64,000 nt of DNA from Eledone cirrhosa. Its lineage: Eukaryota. The notes beneath the pieces were generated by a model. It ran no database searches. It saw only the letters and a list, made by a program, of their open reading frames with translations, and was not told the origin of the DNA. This document shows positions 63,251-64,000 of the stretch, in pieces; within the stretch, counting starts at the first letter, position 1; every line of letters begins with the position of its first letter. Location of the stretch: positions 41,354,001-41,418,000 of the forward strand of contig OZ024748.1 in the NCBI GenBank assembly GCA_964016885.1. Direction: 5' to 3'. Made by a program: the position numbers and the translations under genes.

Positions 63251-63611
63251 TTAACCCTTTAGCATTTAAACCAGCCATATCCAGCCAGAATTCTCTCACC
63301 TCTTTCTGTTCAAACTGGCTGTAAATGGCCTCTCATACTGATATTAAGGTATTGTTCTCAAAATAAATGCTATTAAAATCTCATAGATTCCATATTATGT
63401 GAGGTAAAGCCTGTACTGTGAAAAAATAGTATATATAGAGTAATGTAAATGTTATGTGAGATATTATGTGAGATAAAGCCTTTACTGTTAAAATACAATA
63501 GTATATATATAGAGTAATGTAGATATTATGTGAGATATTATGTGAGGTAAAGCCTTTACCACGAAAATACAAAAGTATATATAGAGTAATGTAAATGGTA
63601 AAAGGACTTAA
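63251..63611. mobile_element. Decayed non-autonomous DNA transposon (MITE) with TTAA-CCC ends, piggyBac-like
   Basis: The left end is TTAA-CCCTTTAGCATTT (63251-63267). The degenerate inverted right end is AAATGGTAAAAGGAC-TTAA (63593-63611), versus the expected AAATGCTAAAGGG-TTAA. A TTAA target with CCC...GGG termini is an established piggyBac hallmark. The interior resembles an abundant octopus repeat as I recall it. Confidence 0.55.
63392..63597. repeat. Three imperfect tandem copies of a ~70-bp AT-rich unit inside the MITE-like element
   Basis: ATATTATGTGAGRTAAAGCC...AGTATATATAGAGTAATGTA is repeated, with AAAGCC at 63406, 63475 and 63549 (69 and 74 bp spacing). Confidence 0.9.
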
Positions 63612-63972
63612 AACATTCATAAAATATTAAATGCTTCTCAGAGCCAGAGAATATCAAACAATGGGTCATGGAACATAGCTTCTGCCCCAAAGATGGATGC
63701 ACAAAAATTACGTATCCTGAGACCCCAAAGAGAATCCAGAAGGGAGAAAACCTTGAGAAATAAAACACATGGTTATTAAAAATATATATATATATCTTCA
63801 CATGACTGATATCTCCCCACAACATTACGCCCGGCCAGAAAGGATTTGAAACTTATTATAATTCAGATTTAATCCATCTTTTATGTCAAACAGCAGAGAC
63901 AAAATATGAGTAGATTAGAATATAGTGGTGTTGCTTTAAAGAAGAAGAACGCAGGACTGATATGGTTTCAAT

Positions 63973-64000
63973 TATATATATATATATATATGTCTATATA
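63973..64000. repeat. (TA)n microsatellite at the window end
   Basis: TATATATATATATATATA TGTCTATATA. Confidence 0.85.

Noticed and set aside
63381-63825. Minus-strand ORFs of 79 and 89 aa, and a more GC-rich stretch at ~63635-63765 that could be an exon or LINE 3' remnant
   Set aside because: The ORFs are short, overlap repeats and have no recognisable motif. It cannot be assigned without BLASTX or RepeatMasker.

Overview
This is eukaryotic, repeat-dominated DNA with no recognisable gene. About 60.4 kb (1 to ~60,400, open at the left edge) is one tandem array of an 18-bp unit, GTCACCAACACCACCACT. It has 12/15/21/27/36-bp variants, nested kb-scale duplications (~1.5, 1.9, 2.0, 2.3, 2.4, 8.25 and ~9-9.8 kb) and a 200-N scaffold gap. 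The giant ORFs follow from the unit having no stop in 5 of 6 frames (VTNTTT, LSPTPP, CHQHHH, VVVLVT, GDSGGV). The array grades into an (ACC)n microsatellite ending at ~61,688. The last 2.3 kb is AT-rich and holds a palindromic (TA)/(CA)/(TG) compound microsatellite, a decayed tRNA-type SINE running into a 45-bp minisatellite with 90-bp dimer structure, and a decayed TTAA-flanked MITE-like element. The SINE and MITE resemble octopus/cephalopod repeats as I recall them (unverified). I found no convincing new gene system. The best leads are whether the array is a giant Thr-rich, sequon-dense mucin-like exon or a non-coding satellite, and the visible microsatellite-to-satellite gradient.
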